Source: Eledone cirrhosa
Lineage: Eukaryota
Reading direction: 5' to 3'
NCBI GenBank assembly: GCA_964016885.1
Contig: OZ024740.1
Coordinates: 104,408,001-104,472,000 of the forward strand
DNA: 64,000 bases
In this document: positions 46,771-57,220 of the stretch, piece after piece
Position numbering within the stretch: the first letter of the stretch is position 1
Layout: every line of letters begins with the position of its first letter
The notes under the pieces: model-generated
What the model was told of the DNA's origin: nothing
Seen by the model: the letters and a program-made list of their open reading frames with translations, nothing else
The model's database searches: none
Program-made: the position numbers and the translations under genes

Positions 46771-46922
46771 TTACCGTTCGTACATATTACTATTACACAT
46801 CCATTGGAGCATGCAAGTTTCATTTCTTTCTAATCTATGAAAGTCTTCTACACACATGTCTTCTACCATGCAACATTGCCGTTCGTATGCATGCATCATA
46901 CAGTCTGCCTTTCATTTTGAGG
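46771..46922 (-). mobile_element. RTE LINE (older copy, piece 2, upstream continuation of 45051-45590)
   Basis: Reverse complement reads ...GCATGCTCCAATGGATGTGTAATAG...GAACGGTAA. This joins GCATAAATGAA at 45590, colinear with 46051-46110. Confidence 0.75.
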
Positions 46923-47509
46923 GAAAAGATAAATAATAAAATTATATAATATGCACTTTATTGTTTATTGTGTTTCGTTATGCACATGACCAATACCATC
47001 ACTACCTCCTCGGTTTGTGGAGAAATTGTCTTGCACTGATCCATGATGCAAAAAGATTTGGGACTGTTGATTTGGTAGGTCCACCAGATCAGTTATAAGA
47101 GACCAAGTAAGTTTACCAATACTACTAAGTTAACCAATGGTATCATGAGAATAGAATATATTGTAGACTTATCAGGTAAGTTACAGTTACTGAAAATTCA
47201 TGGATAATAATTCTTCCAAACAAATACTTGTGTATAATGTGACCCTCTATTTTGGGGGAAAAAGAAATTTGATCATAAAATTTAAACTCTACAAGTTTAT
47301 ATAGAGCTTTTGTTTGACTGACATTATTGATGATGGAGGGTGGGTGGAGACAAGTGTGTTGTCAAGACAGTGGATATAGATTATAATAGCTGAGCTAAAT
47401 GAGGATAAGGGAACAATAAGTTGGAAAAGGTGATGATGGATGGGGAAAAGGTGGTGCTAGATGGAATGTGGGTGGTTTTGTTCTGCTTCCATTTTTGTCT
47501 TCTGAATAT

Positions 47510-47745
47510 ACCATCATCATCATCATTGCTACCATCACCACCATCACCACCACCATCACCCTCACCACCATCATCAGCAGCAGCATTATTACAATTATCA
47601 TCATCAATATTATCATTATTAGTGTTGCTACCAATGTCACCATCATCAACATCATATTTGTCAACTCCCTTGATTTTTCAGAAACCATTGTCTACACAAA
47701 CCACCACCACCAACAACAATGTCATCACTCCCCACCACCACCAGG
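47510..47745. repeat. (CAT/CAC)n low-complexity tract
   Basis: Imperfect trinucleotide runs. Confidence 0.85.
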
Positions 47746-47759
47746 ATTGTTTTTTTTAA

Positions 47760-47965
47760 TCACTCATTCACTCACACACTCACTCAGTCACACACTCTCT
47801 CACACACTCACACACTCACTCACTCACTCACTCACACACTCACACACTCACTCACTCACACACTCACTCACATACTCACTCACTCACTTACACACACACA
47901 CACTCACTCACACACTCACTCACACACTCACTCACACACTCACTCACACACTCACTCACTCACTT
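47760..47965. repeat. (CACT)n/(CA)n compound microsatellite
   Basis: Directly visible. Confidence 0.9.
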
Positions 47966-48209
47966 GCATACTCTCTCACTCCATTAATCAATCATTCACA
48001 CACTCAATTAATCAATGAATCTCCCACTCACTCCATTAATCAATCAATGAATCAGTCAACTGATCCTATTCCTGCTTCGTTATTTGTCTTCCTCTGCAGC
48101 TGTATATAATTAAAGACTGAATAATTCATTAATTAATAATTAACTAATTAATGCAACTGTTGAACAGTGTCGTCCACTGGAGACTAGTTGATTGATTTGA
48201 ATGTCACTG

Positions 48210-48470
48210 TTTGAATTGACACACCTCCCACCCTCCTTGACACTCCTGTCCATAGACTGATAACACACATCCCACCCTCCTCTGAGCTCCTCTCCATCAA
48301 TTCATGACATACCTCCCACCCTCCTCTACACGTCTCATACCCTCCTCTACATCCTTTTCCATTGACTGACTACACCCCCCTCGTCTATGCCTCTCCCCAT
48401 CGACTGATGACACACTTCCCACCCGCCTCTGCACACCTCTTCCTCGCCTCGACACCCCTCTCCATCGGCT
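48210..48470. repeat. Degenerate C-rich minisatellite
   Basis: Recurring GACTGA(T/C)...ACAC..CCCACCCTCCT...CTCCAT words at roughly 45-60 bp spacing. Confidence 0.5.
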
Positions 48471-48916
48471 GATTTTGTTTCTCTGCTTGAGTTTTATTTC
48501 ATTTATTTCATGATGATGATGATGATGATATTTATTTTCAAAATGTTTATTATTTTTTTTTTAATTCTGATACAGCCTGACACAGCTGGTGGGAGGAGGT
48601 TGGGTCGGAACGAGGTGGTTATTATTGTTTCATGTCAAGTTCAATGAGATTCTCTTGAAATATTAACAGACATTCCCATTTGGTAGCTTTGAGGTTGATA
48701 TGAAGATTTAGTCAAACACAATAGTGTGGACTATCCATAAACCCCCTAAAGATCCATATTGAGTGTCATGATCTTAATTATATCTCGTTTCTATAGTGTT
48801 TGAGTGAGTTGCACATGTTCCCTTCACTTTTATACTCAATAGAACAGTGATCCAGTACAGGTAATTCTTTGTCTCTCACAAGTGACTCCTGATTTATTAG
48901 AAGTAATGGTTGCTTT

Positions 48917-49265
48917 CATCATCATCATTATCATCATCATCATCATCATCATAATCATCATCATCAATATTTAGTATCCATTTTTCCATGCTTGCATTGG
49001 TTAGACGGGGTGTCACGTTCGTTATGAAACAAATCAGGTCAGGTGACCTACGTCAAGCTTATACAGGTCTGTATTTTGGCTTAGCTTCTACAGTTGGATG
49101 CCCTTCCTAACACCAACCACATTACAGTGTTGGCAGTGATTTTTATTGTGGCACCAAAATGACAGAACATTTTTTCATTGTGTCACCCACACGACCAACT
49201 TACAAGGTGGACTAGGTGCTTTTTTACTGTGTCATCAGCATGACCACCTTACAGGATGGACTGAG
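48917..49265 (-). mobile_element. RTE-family 3' UTR fragment with (GAT)n tail
   Basis: (CAT)n, then TCCATTTTTCCATGCTTGCAT...GGATGCCCTTCCTAACACCAACC, plus degenerate copies of the 48-bp UTR unit. Confidence 0.7.
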
Positions 49266-49506
49266 TGATTTGTTTCTTATCGGTAATTCCTTGTCTGTTA
49301 TAGGTAACTCCTGGTTTATTATTGTAGGCAATTCTTTACCTATCATAACTATCTCCTTGTCTACCACAAATAATATATACTGCTTCATAGTACCAGATGA
49401 TAATGGGGCAGCATATGCTTAGACGAACTGAGAGGTGGGAGAGCTTACAACCTTTCATTGACTGGTTGATATTGTTACTGTTGGCCACTACATACGTACA
49501 TACATA

Positions 49507-49720
49507 CATAAGCAACTGTTCAAAGATATCATCGCGGTACTATCTAAAGTCATAAGCAGCTGTCCAAAGATATCATCGCGGTACTATCTAAAGTCATAAG
49601 CAGCTGTCCAAAGATATCATTGTGGTACTATCTAAAGTCATAAGCAGCTGTCCAAAGATATCATCACGGTACTATCTAAAGTCATAAGCAGCTGTCCAAA
49701 GATGTCATCATGGTACGATC
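49507..49720 (+). repeat. 44-bp tandem repeat (4 full copies + 1 merging into the LINE)
   Basis: CATAAGCAGCTGTCCAAAGATATCATCGCGGTACTATCTAAAGT starts at 49507, 49551, 49595, 49639, 49683. Confidence 0.95.
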
Positions 49721-49945
49721 TACCTATGAGGCATGATGTAGTGGCCAAAACACTGTACAATGCAATCCGTAGAAAAGATAGCCCCGATAATGAACACATT
49801 AAAAGCTACAACAATGTGGAAGACATACATATACATAATATGAAAGAGTACTGGTGGAATGTTCCAGTAAAAACCCCAATAAAATGCAGCATAACAGACT
49901 AGATATTATGATATGGGACAGGGAAAAGAAAGCATGCACAGTAGT
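49683..49945 (+). mobile_element. R4/Dong-like RLE non-LTR element, 3' fragment, piece 1
   Basis: ISSCPKMSS...RHDVVAK...YWWNVPV, then after a frameshift HNRLDIMIWDREKKACTVV. These are the end of the zinc knuckle, the RHD motif and a decayed RPD motif of the restriction-like endonuclease. Confidence 0.8.
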
Positions 49946-50218
49946 TGTTGTATTCCTCTCGGTACTCGCAGAGAAAACACGAGTTATATCAAATAATTTG
50001 TGTAATTTGCGAAACAACCAAAACACCCCTCCTCGCAGTAGCAGAATAACATAAAGTAAGTAAGTAGCAGTCTGTGACAGAGTTTTTAATACCAACGCTG
50101 ACTGACTGCCCAGGTCACGTGATTCATATGCAAATGTGTGAGCACGTGTAAATTGAATAGAAATTTAACAGTCCATACAACAATGAGGTTGTGAGTTCGA
50201 TTCCCAGTCCATACAACA
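49946..50218 (-). repeat. 3' LTR (273 bp) of the Gypsy element
   Basis: Terminal inverted repeat TGTTGTAT...ATACAACA, directly following the polypurine tract on the minus strand. Confidence 0.8.
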
Positions 50219-50228
50219 CCTCCCCACC
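50219..50228 (-). other. Polypurine tract (GGTGGGGAGG)
   Basis: Purine-rich tract abutting TGTTGTATGG at the LTR start on the minus strand. Confidence 0.75.
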
Positions 50229-50562
50229 GAAATTGATGCGACTAAAGAAGCATCAACAGCAAAGTCTCTCTGGGGTTTACAAGTTCTCTTGGACCGTCTT
50301 CGATTGTCTGGTCCATACTCTGGAACAGGCAATAAGGTCTTGGGTATGGTCTGTCTTGGAATTAGTGGCACGATTTCCGAGATCTCCATCGGGTGATCTG
50401 TTGCAAATTCAAAAACAGTGTCTACTGCATCACCAGGTTCATTGTCTTCCTCAGTAGTGTACCGCGGTTGCAGCTGTTCCCAGTGTCATCTCCACACCGG
50501 GCCATGACCTTAACGTTGAAGCAGCGAGTACCCAATGACTTCTTAATGATTGCTGGTACCCA

Positions 50563-51873
50563 TCAGGGATCTTTGTCTCGGCGAGGTCCATAGTACAGTG
50601 CATACACAGGATCTCCAGCCTTGTACTGCCTGGTAACCTTAGCAACACCTGCTGAGTCCGGAGTCATCTGAGGCTTATATGCTTCCTTAGACTGCTTGCC
50701 TTGAGCGATGTGTGCTGGCGAGGGCAGCAGAGAATCAATCCTTGTCCGTATCTGCCAGTGATTCAAAAGTTCACTCGGAGAGAATCCACTGGATGTCGGT
50801 GTTCTCCGGTACTGCATCAAGAACTCTTGATGAAGTGCTCGCTTCGGCGGAAGAGAAGTCTTCCTCAGAGCTTGTTTGAAGGTCTGCACCAAACGTTCCG
50901 CTGCTCCGTTAGTAGCTGGGTGGTAAGGTGCCCCTGTCAGGTGCGTGATCCCACGTTCTTTGCACCAGCTCTGGAACTCCTCAGAAATAAAAGTTGGTGC
51001 GTTATTGGTGACTAGCGTGTGAGGAAATCCGAAGTGCGCATAGTTTTCTTCAAGCAGATCTAAAGTGGCTCTGGAGGACGTGGATGACGTAGGATGAATG
51101 CATGGATACTTGGAATAAGCATCCGTGATCACCAACCAATTACTGCCCATGAAATTTATTGTGTGGCCCAGGTGTAAGCGGCTCCACGGCTTTTCAGGTA
51201 ACATCCATGGGTGAACTGGAGACTTGGATGGCTGGTTTTGATGTTCACCACACGAATCACATTGTCGACTGGTTTTCTCTATAACAGCATCGATACCAGG
51301 CCAATAAACAGCAGTTCTTGCCAATTGTTTCATGCGCTCCATGCCAAAGTGTCCGAGATGCAGAAGATTGAGGATCTTTGGCTGTAAGCTATGTGGAATC
51401 ACAACTCTCGATCCATGGATAAGGCATCCGTGGCAGATACTAAGTGAATCCGATAACTTCCGGAACTTATTGACTTCGTCATTGATCTCAGTATTCTTTG
51501 GTGGCCAGCCTTCACGGACGTAGAGTATCACTGTAGATATCACTGGATCTTTCCCTGACTCTTGACGGAGGACGTTAGAATTGATAGGTTGGACTTGAAG
51601 ACTGAGAGCTTTGATGGCGCACACCATGTCCATGTCTTCACCATTTTCCTTCCTGTCAAAGTCGATGTCATTACCAAATGGCAAGCGACTGAGGGCATCT
51701 GCATTGCCATGATCCGCTGTTTTCCGATATTCGATGGTGTAGTCAAACTGGTTCAGCCACAGGGCCCACCGTGCTAGTCGGTTAGCAGCGAGAAGTGGCG
51801 TCCCTTTCCTCGGACTGAACAGTGATGTCAGTGGCTTGTGGTCAGTTACGAGTATAAACTGATGTCCGTACAT
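50563..51873 (-). pseudogene. pol: Gypsy pol, RNase H end + integrase
   Basis: TDHKPL, NADALSRLP, HLGH...CDSC zinc finger, YHPATNGAAER. The two catalytic Asp positions read G (RLHLGH) and N (LVTNNA); premature stop at 50563. Confidence 0.9.
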
Positions 51874-51896
51874 ATTTGGCTTGCAGAAGTTCTATC

Positions 51897-53479
51897 AGTA
51901 GATAGAACTTCTGCAAGCCAAATATGATGGCCAGGGCTTCCTTTTGAATTTGGCCATAGTTACGCTGTGCAGAAGTAAGAGTCTTGGACGCATTGGATAT
52001 TGGCTGCTCGCTTCCATCAGGATAGCGATGAAACAGGACTGCACCAATACCAACGTTTGACGCGTCGCAAGCCAGTCCCAAAGTTTTGTTTGGATCGAAG
52101 TGTATCAGAACTCGATCCGATGAAAGCACATTTTTCAACTGATCGAAAGCTGACTGTTCTTCATCTCCCCACTTCCAAGTAGTCGTTTTTTTCGTAAGGC
52201 AATAGAGTGGCTCTGCCATGCTGGCCAGGTTTGGGATAAACTTTCCATAGAACTGAACTGAACCCAGGAAAGACTTCAAGCTTGAGACGTTCGTTGGAGG
52301 TGGCATCTTTAAAACTGCTTCGACCTTGGATCCCTTCGCGATCCCTTCAGCCGACAAGATGTGTCCAAGGTATTCCACACTGAGTAGTGCAAACTGGCAC
52401 TTGTCACAGCGACATCTGAGTCCTTTGTCGCACAGACGTGTGAGCAGACACTTTAGGTTGTTCAGGTGATCGTTTGCATCTTTCCCACTGACGAGCATGT
52501 CGTCCTGGAAGACGGCCACACCAGGTAGATCTTGAGTCAGGTTTTCCATGATCTCCTGAAAGTAACCAGGTGCTGACTTGATTCCGAAAGGGAGTCGTTC
52601 CTGCAGGAGCACCCCACGGTGAGTGCTGAGTCCAAGCCTGCGTTGACTTTCTGGAGCCAGCTTGATCTGATTATAGGCATCAGCAAGATCAATCTTTGTG
52701 TATCCGAATCCACCTCCGAGCTTCTGCATCAGTTCCTCTGGGAGTGGCATTGGATGACGATGATCTGCAAGTTCGTCATTAATTCCCACAGAGTAGTCAC
52801 CACAAATCCGTAGTTTGGGCTTCAGGTTGCCTGAAGTATGTGCTTTATGAATCGGTACCTCTGGCGTTCCGTATTCGTTGAACTGTACTGGCTTCCAGAT
52901 TCCTTTGGCGATGCCTTCTTCGTAACCTTTGGCCAGGTCATCACGAAGAGCAAACGGGAGCGGGCGTGCCTTGTGAAAGACCGGTGTCGCGTCCGACTTG
53001 AACTTCACTTCCAGTTCGAAGTCATTAAGACATCCCAATTCTTGCTTGAAGAGATCTGGGAATTCATCACACATGTTGTGACAATCCTGTTGCATGGAAA
53101 TATAGGGCTCATTTGAGGTCTTTGGATGCATCACTTCTGCACCCTCACTCTTGGCCTGGCTGTCTATGCTTTTCAATCCTAGAGTATTGTCGACGGAAAT
53201 TCCCAAAGTCTGGATAGTGTTTCGTCCCAGCAAATTAAGATCAGGGATCTTGGTGACGATGTAGGGTATTGAATTCCATTTACCGGTCGTTGGATCCTTG
53301 GTTTGGCCCATGAAAGTTCCCAGAATGGGCAGGTCGTGCTTGCTGGCAGATTCAAACCGATGTTTGACATCTTGCAGCTTCGGTTTTCCTAATTGTTTCC
53401 AAACTGACAAGGAAACAAAATTGCCTGTAGTAGCTGTGTCCAATTCCATTGTGAAATGCATGCCTTCTTTTCCAATATT
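51897..53479 (-). pseudogene. pol: Gypsy pol, aspartic protease + RT + RNase H start
   Basis: MELDTA protease motif; RICGDY, KIDLADAY, LPFGIKSAP and FQDD RT motifs; ACDAS and EALAIIFG RNase H motifs. Confidence 0.92.
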
Positions 53480-54023
53480 GGAAGTTAGCTGCCCAGCAGA
53501 TGCCAATATAATATCAAAGATTAGCAAAAAGGAGAATATTTATGCAGAACTGATGAGAAATCTGCAGATACTCCACCCTGATTATACCTTCAGATGTATG
53601 CCTGCGATTATTGGGGCACTGGGGTATGTTAGTAACTGCCTCAATACAAATCTTGAGAAGCTAGGCTTCACAGGAACAGAAAGAACACAAATAGTTGGGA
53701 AATTACAAGTACAATCCATTAATGGAACAGTAAAAATATGTAAAATATTCCAAAAATTGTGCATCTAATAACTGCATATACACATGTACAGATACTAAGC
53801 ATATACACATGCACACAAACAACTCAAAACATACTCATTCACACATACAATAACATCCATATCTACACATGCATGCATGCAGACATGCATACATATCTAC
53901 CTTGTTGATGCTGTATAAATTCCAATGAGAGATTCTTGTGTCTATGTTAGAAACCGACTCTCTCTCTATTGGCAACAATTTGTGAAATTATAAAACCAGA
54001 AGAACATACATACATACATACAT
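53480..54023 (+). mobile_element. R4/Dong-like RLE element, piece 2 (endonuclease end, 3' UTR, (CATA)n)
   Basis: EVSCPAD...KKENIYAEL...IIGALG...KICKIF to the stop at 53768. It continues in frame from TVV at 49945. Confidence 0.8.
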
Positions 54024-54544
54024 GATGATGGCTGCCCCCTCGTTATCGAGTATGGTCATTGCACGATATATCATTATTAATAATTATTAATAAATTCTAT
54101 CGTGCAATGCCTGTGCGTGAAGATATTTTTTAAAGTGAGGAAAGACTGTGCATTGAGCCAATCCCACTCTCTGAGTGACGGTAGCTATAACTCGAAAAGA
54201 AGAAAAGATCAACATCATTGGTAACTACTGAGCCGCAGGTTTTATATCGGAGTTATCCCAGTTTCCTGAGTTGCCTTCTCCTAGAAGAATGCCCTGAGAA
54301 AGGCTAGGGGTCCTTCACTCCCAGTGGTTTAACCGCACGATCGGGTGTCCAACCTGACTATTTCTATGTCCCCGTGCATATACATACACATGTACCCATG
54401 TATATACACATATACATATGCATACATACATACATACATACATACATGCATGCATGCAACACTAAGCTAAATTTTGTTTGTTTTTATATTGGGACTTATT
54501 AAGTAAACTGAATATTTACCTGTAAAATACAATGGTCTCTCATA

Positions 54545-54810
54545 GGTGGTTCCTAGTTTATTTTAGGTCTATCTCAAGAAATTTCTGGTCTATTGTAGAT
54601 ATTTCTTGCTCTATCACATATATCTTTTGGTGTATGGTTGGCAATCCTTAGTCTATTGCAAAGAATTCCTAATTTATTTCAAGTAATTCCTGGTTTATCA
54701 TAGAAACTTCTAAGTCTATCTCAGGTAATTCCTGGTATATCTAAGTAACTCTTGATCCATCCAAGATGGATTCTGGTTTATCTAGATAATTCCTGGTTTA
54801 TCCCAGATAA
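54545..54810. repeat. Degenerate ~22-bp tandem repeat (RGTAATTCCTGGTTTATC-like)
   Basis: Recurring AATTCCTGGT(T/A)TATC words; related words at 49280-49340. Confidence 0.5.
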
Positions 54811-55554
54811 TTTGTAATTAGTTATGTTGTAAGGAGGATTAAACCATGTTATTTTCCTAGTTCAGTCTTTTCTTTACTATTTTTTAGTGTGGGCTGCTCA
54901 ATGTTTTAGTTTGGTGTTAAAACAGCTTCTTGCTAAGGTTCTATTGTAATATGGGGCAGCTTTATTGACATCTAATAATGCAGTAGTTAATAATTGTGGA
55001 TGAAAGGCTGGAACCTTCATTTATGTATACTGTTTCTTTGATTGTTTTCAGTAATAATGGCGTTTGTCTGTGTTTAGATTTACAGTTATGTAAAGAAAAT
55101 TTACTTTTTTCAGATTTTATGTTATTGTGAATTTTAGATTAAATTCACCGATAATACAAGTGTTTTTTAAGTTTTACCATACAATGTATTTTTGTATTAA
55201 AGGATACGACAGGTCTGTCATCACTGTGTAATCCGATGTTTGTGGATCTTATTCTGTTTCGGTATGTAGAGTATCTTCAATCCAACTGGATAGAGGTGTT
55301 CTGCTCAATCTTCTATATTTAATATGTTTACTTTAATATGTGTAAAAGTCTTAATTTATGTATGTATTCAGTATAATGATTACAATTTATGTGTGTGTGT
55401 TTATTCTTGCATGTATATCTATATGTATATATAGCAGACACATGGTGTGAGTAAATATTTTGAATAGACATTAATAAAATACATTCTCTAAAAGACAATA
55501 TGTAAAATATTTTTACAAAAAATATTCAATTACATGCACACAAATATTTATAAA

Positions 55555-56457
55555 AATTGGTTAATAGTTTTTACTCTATGGCAAGGAGCACCATTTTGTT
55601 GATATATCTTACAACCATGCCTCTCCATCCATAATGGCATCTTTTCTCGTATGATTTGCATTTACAGTCTTTCTTGCTGGGATTATGGTCAGTGCAGCTC
55701 GTCCCTTTATGCTTATTGATCCCAGACCATCAATGATTGTGAATGTATAACAAGAATTATAACACTGTCCAGGTGGTCTTCTTACATGGTGATTATAAGG
55801 GGCAAATTGTCTAATTAATGTTTCATTTGAGGACTAGTCCAGTGATGATAAGTGTTGCAGATCAACAGACGGTCCTTGGTGTTTTTATTTGAAAGTTGAG
55901 GCTTGGCAGCTGGCTTAAAAGCCCGAAGGTTAAGTCCTTAACATCATTGTCCAATGGTAGAAGATGATATGTTTGCGTCCTGAGGAAGTTGGACTTGGAT
56001 AAATGAGCTGGAAGCAGTTGGATTTGACACTGCAAGTCGGCATATCATGTGATTTGTTTGAACACTTGTCTTGCATGGTCTTTAAGGCAGCTTGTTTGGG
56101 TTAGGAGTGTCTGTTGTTGCATTACAGGCAAAAGTTTTTTGAACACCATTCTTAGATACACCCAGTTGTATAAATATTTGGCCCTGGGAATAGCCTTCCT
56201 CGTGAAGAAGGATGATATGTGCACATTTTTTGCTTGAAATGACAGCCCTGTTAATACTAAAAAAAGTATTAAAATGCTGACTCGATGTATTGTATATATG
56301 AAAATACAACAAATAATGTGATTGGTTGACTTATATAAAATGGTGAAAAAAAAAATTTAAGTGTGATGATATTTGTGCACTTGTGTGTGTATAATAATAT
56401 TACTAATAACATGAGGGCTAAAATGCAGGTGGTCTCTAAATTGTGTACAACACTGTA
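55555..56457 (-). mobile_element. Tc1/mariner transposase relic
   Basis: Minus-strand fragments: IILLHEEGYSQGQIFIQLGVSKNGV (HTH), LRAFKPAAKPQLSNKNTKDRL...YHWT, and IYQQNGAPCH (compare QQDGAPxH). Tc1-like end CACTG-TA at 56451-56457; partner TIR not seen. Confidence 0.7.
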
Positions 56458-56600
56458 GTATTAGGAAGGGATGCAGCCATAGAAATCATTTTAAATATAG
56501 AATGTAGGATCCAGTTGAGGTTACCCTGAAGAATTTGACCTCAGGTCATGACAACTCATTCAACCCATGCCAGCATGGAAAACAGAAATAAAATGATGGT
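56455..56600 (+). mobile_element. RTE-family 3' UTR fragment
   Basis: TTAGGAAGGGATGCAGCCATAGAAA...ACCCATGCCAGCATGGAAAA, matching 46625-46745. Confidence 0.55.
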
Positions 56601-56660
56601 ATATATATATATATATATTATAAAATAACAGGAGGCTGGACTGGTGTAATTCCTTAAAGG

Positions 56661-56724
56661 TTTATTATACTATGAACATTTCAATGACTGGGTTCAGTAT
56701 GAATCCGGTGACATCATCAGATAT
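56661..56724 (-). ncRNA. Decayed type I hammerhead ribozyme motif + AATAAA (Penelope pseudo-LTR-like)
   Basis: Minus strand reads ATAT-CTGATGA-[imperfect hairpin]-GAAA-TGTTCA-TA-GTAT-AATAAA. Core boxes are intact; stems I and III are short and stem II has mismatches. Confidence 0.5.
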
Positions 56725-56849
56725 TCGAAATTTAACAAAGGAATATAATCCATGGGGCTGAAAAGGCAGAGAGACAAGAAGGCGGCCACACATTTAGCAG
56801 GTCGGCCGCCTTCAAGAAATGTGTATATATATATATATATATATATACA

Positions 56850-57220
56850 TAAGCATGCTCCGTTGGATGTGTAATGTCAATGTGCATGAACGACCAAGCA
56901 TAAATGAGTTGAGAGAGAAACTGCATATATGAAGGATAAGTTGTAGTGTGCGGTATGGACATGTGATGCACATGGAGGATGACCGCTGGGTGAAGAAGTG
57001 CCAAAAAATCCCAGTGGATGAAAGATGCAGTAGAGGAAGACCACAAAAAACATGGGCGGAGGTGGTGAGAGTGGACATCAGATCACTGAAGCTCATGGTG
57101 GAGATGATGAAGGATCGTGACAAGTAGAGAGATGCTGTACTGAATAGGACCCATCCCACCCTTGCAAGCAGGGAAAAGTGGACATAAAATGATGATGATG
57201 ATGATGATGATGATGATAAT
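56850..57220 (+). mobile_element. 5'-truncated RTE LINE with (GAT)n tail
   Basis: Encodes SMLRWMCNV...YGHVMHMEDDRWVKKC...RGRPQKTW with frameshifts; tail at 57189-57216. Confidence 0.8.

Larger units (their letters stand above)
44882..47069. mobile_element. hAT/Charlie (MER1-like) non-autonomous element, split by nested RTE insertions
   Basis: Left end CAGCTTTTCCCAACCACCGG...TGGTACCAGGCTGCACAG. Right end CGGTTTGTGGAGAAATTGTCTT...GCAAAAAGATTTGGGACTGTTG. Both resemble Charlie/MER1 termini from memory; no clear 8-bp TSD. Confidence 0.55.
49946..53479 (-). mobile_element. Ty3/Gypsy LTR retrotransposon, 5'-truncated (no gag, no 5' LTR)
   Basis: PR-RT-RNaseH-IN domain order, polypurine tract and one LTR with TG...CA ends. 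Confidence 0.93.

Noticed and set aside
47395-48109. Hydrophobic or His/Thr-rich ORFs
   Set aside because: Translations of CAT/CAC and CACT microsatellites.
50563-53527. Domesticated or active Gypsy pol gene
   Set aside because: No gag or true start, a frameshift in RNase H, two integrase catalytic Asp substituted, and a premature stop.
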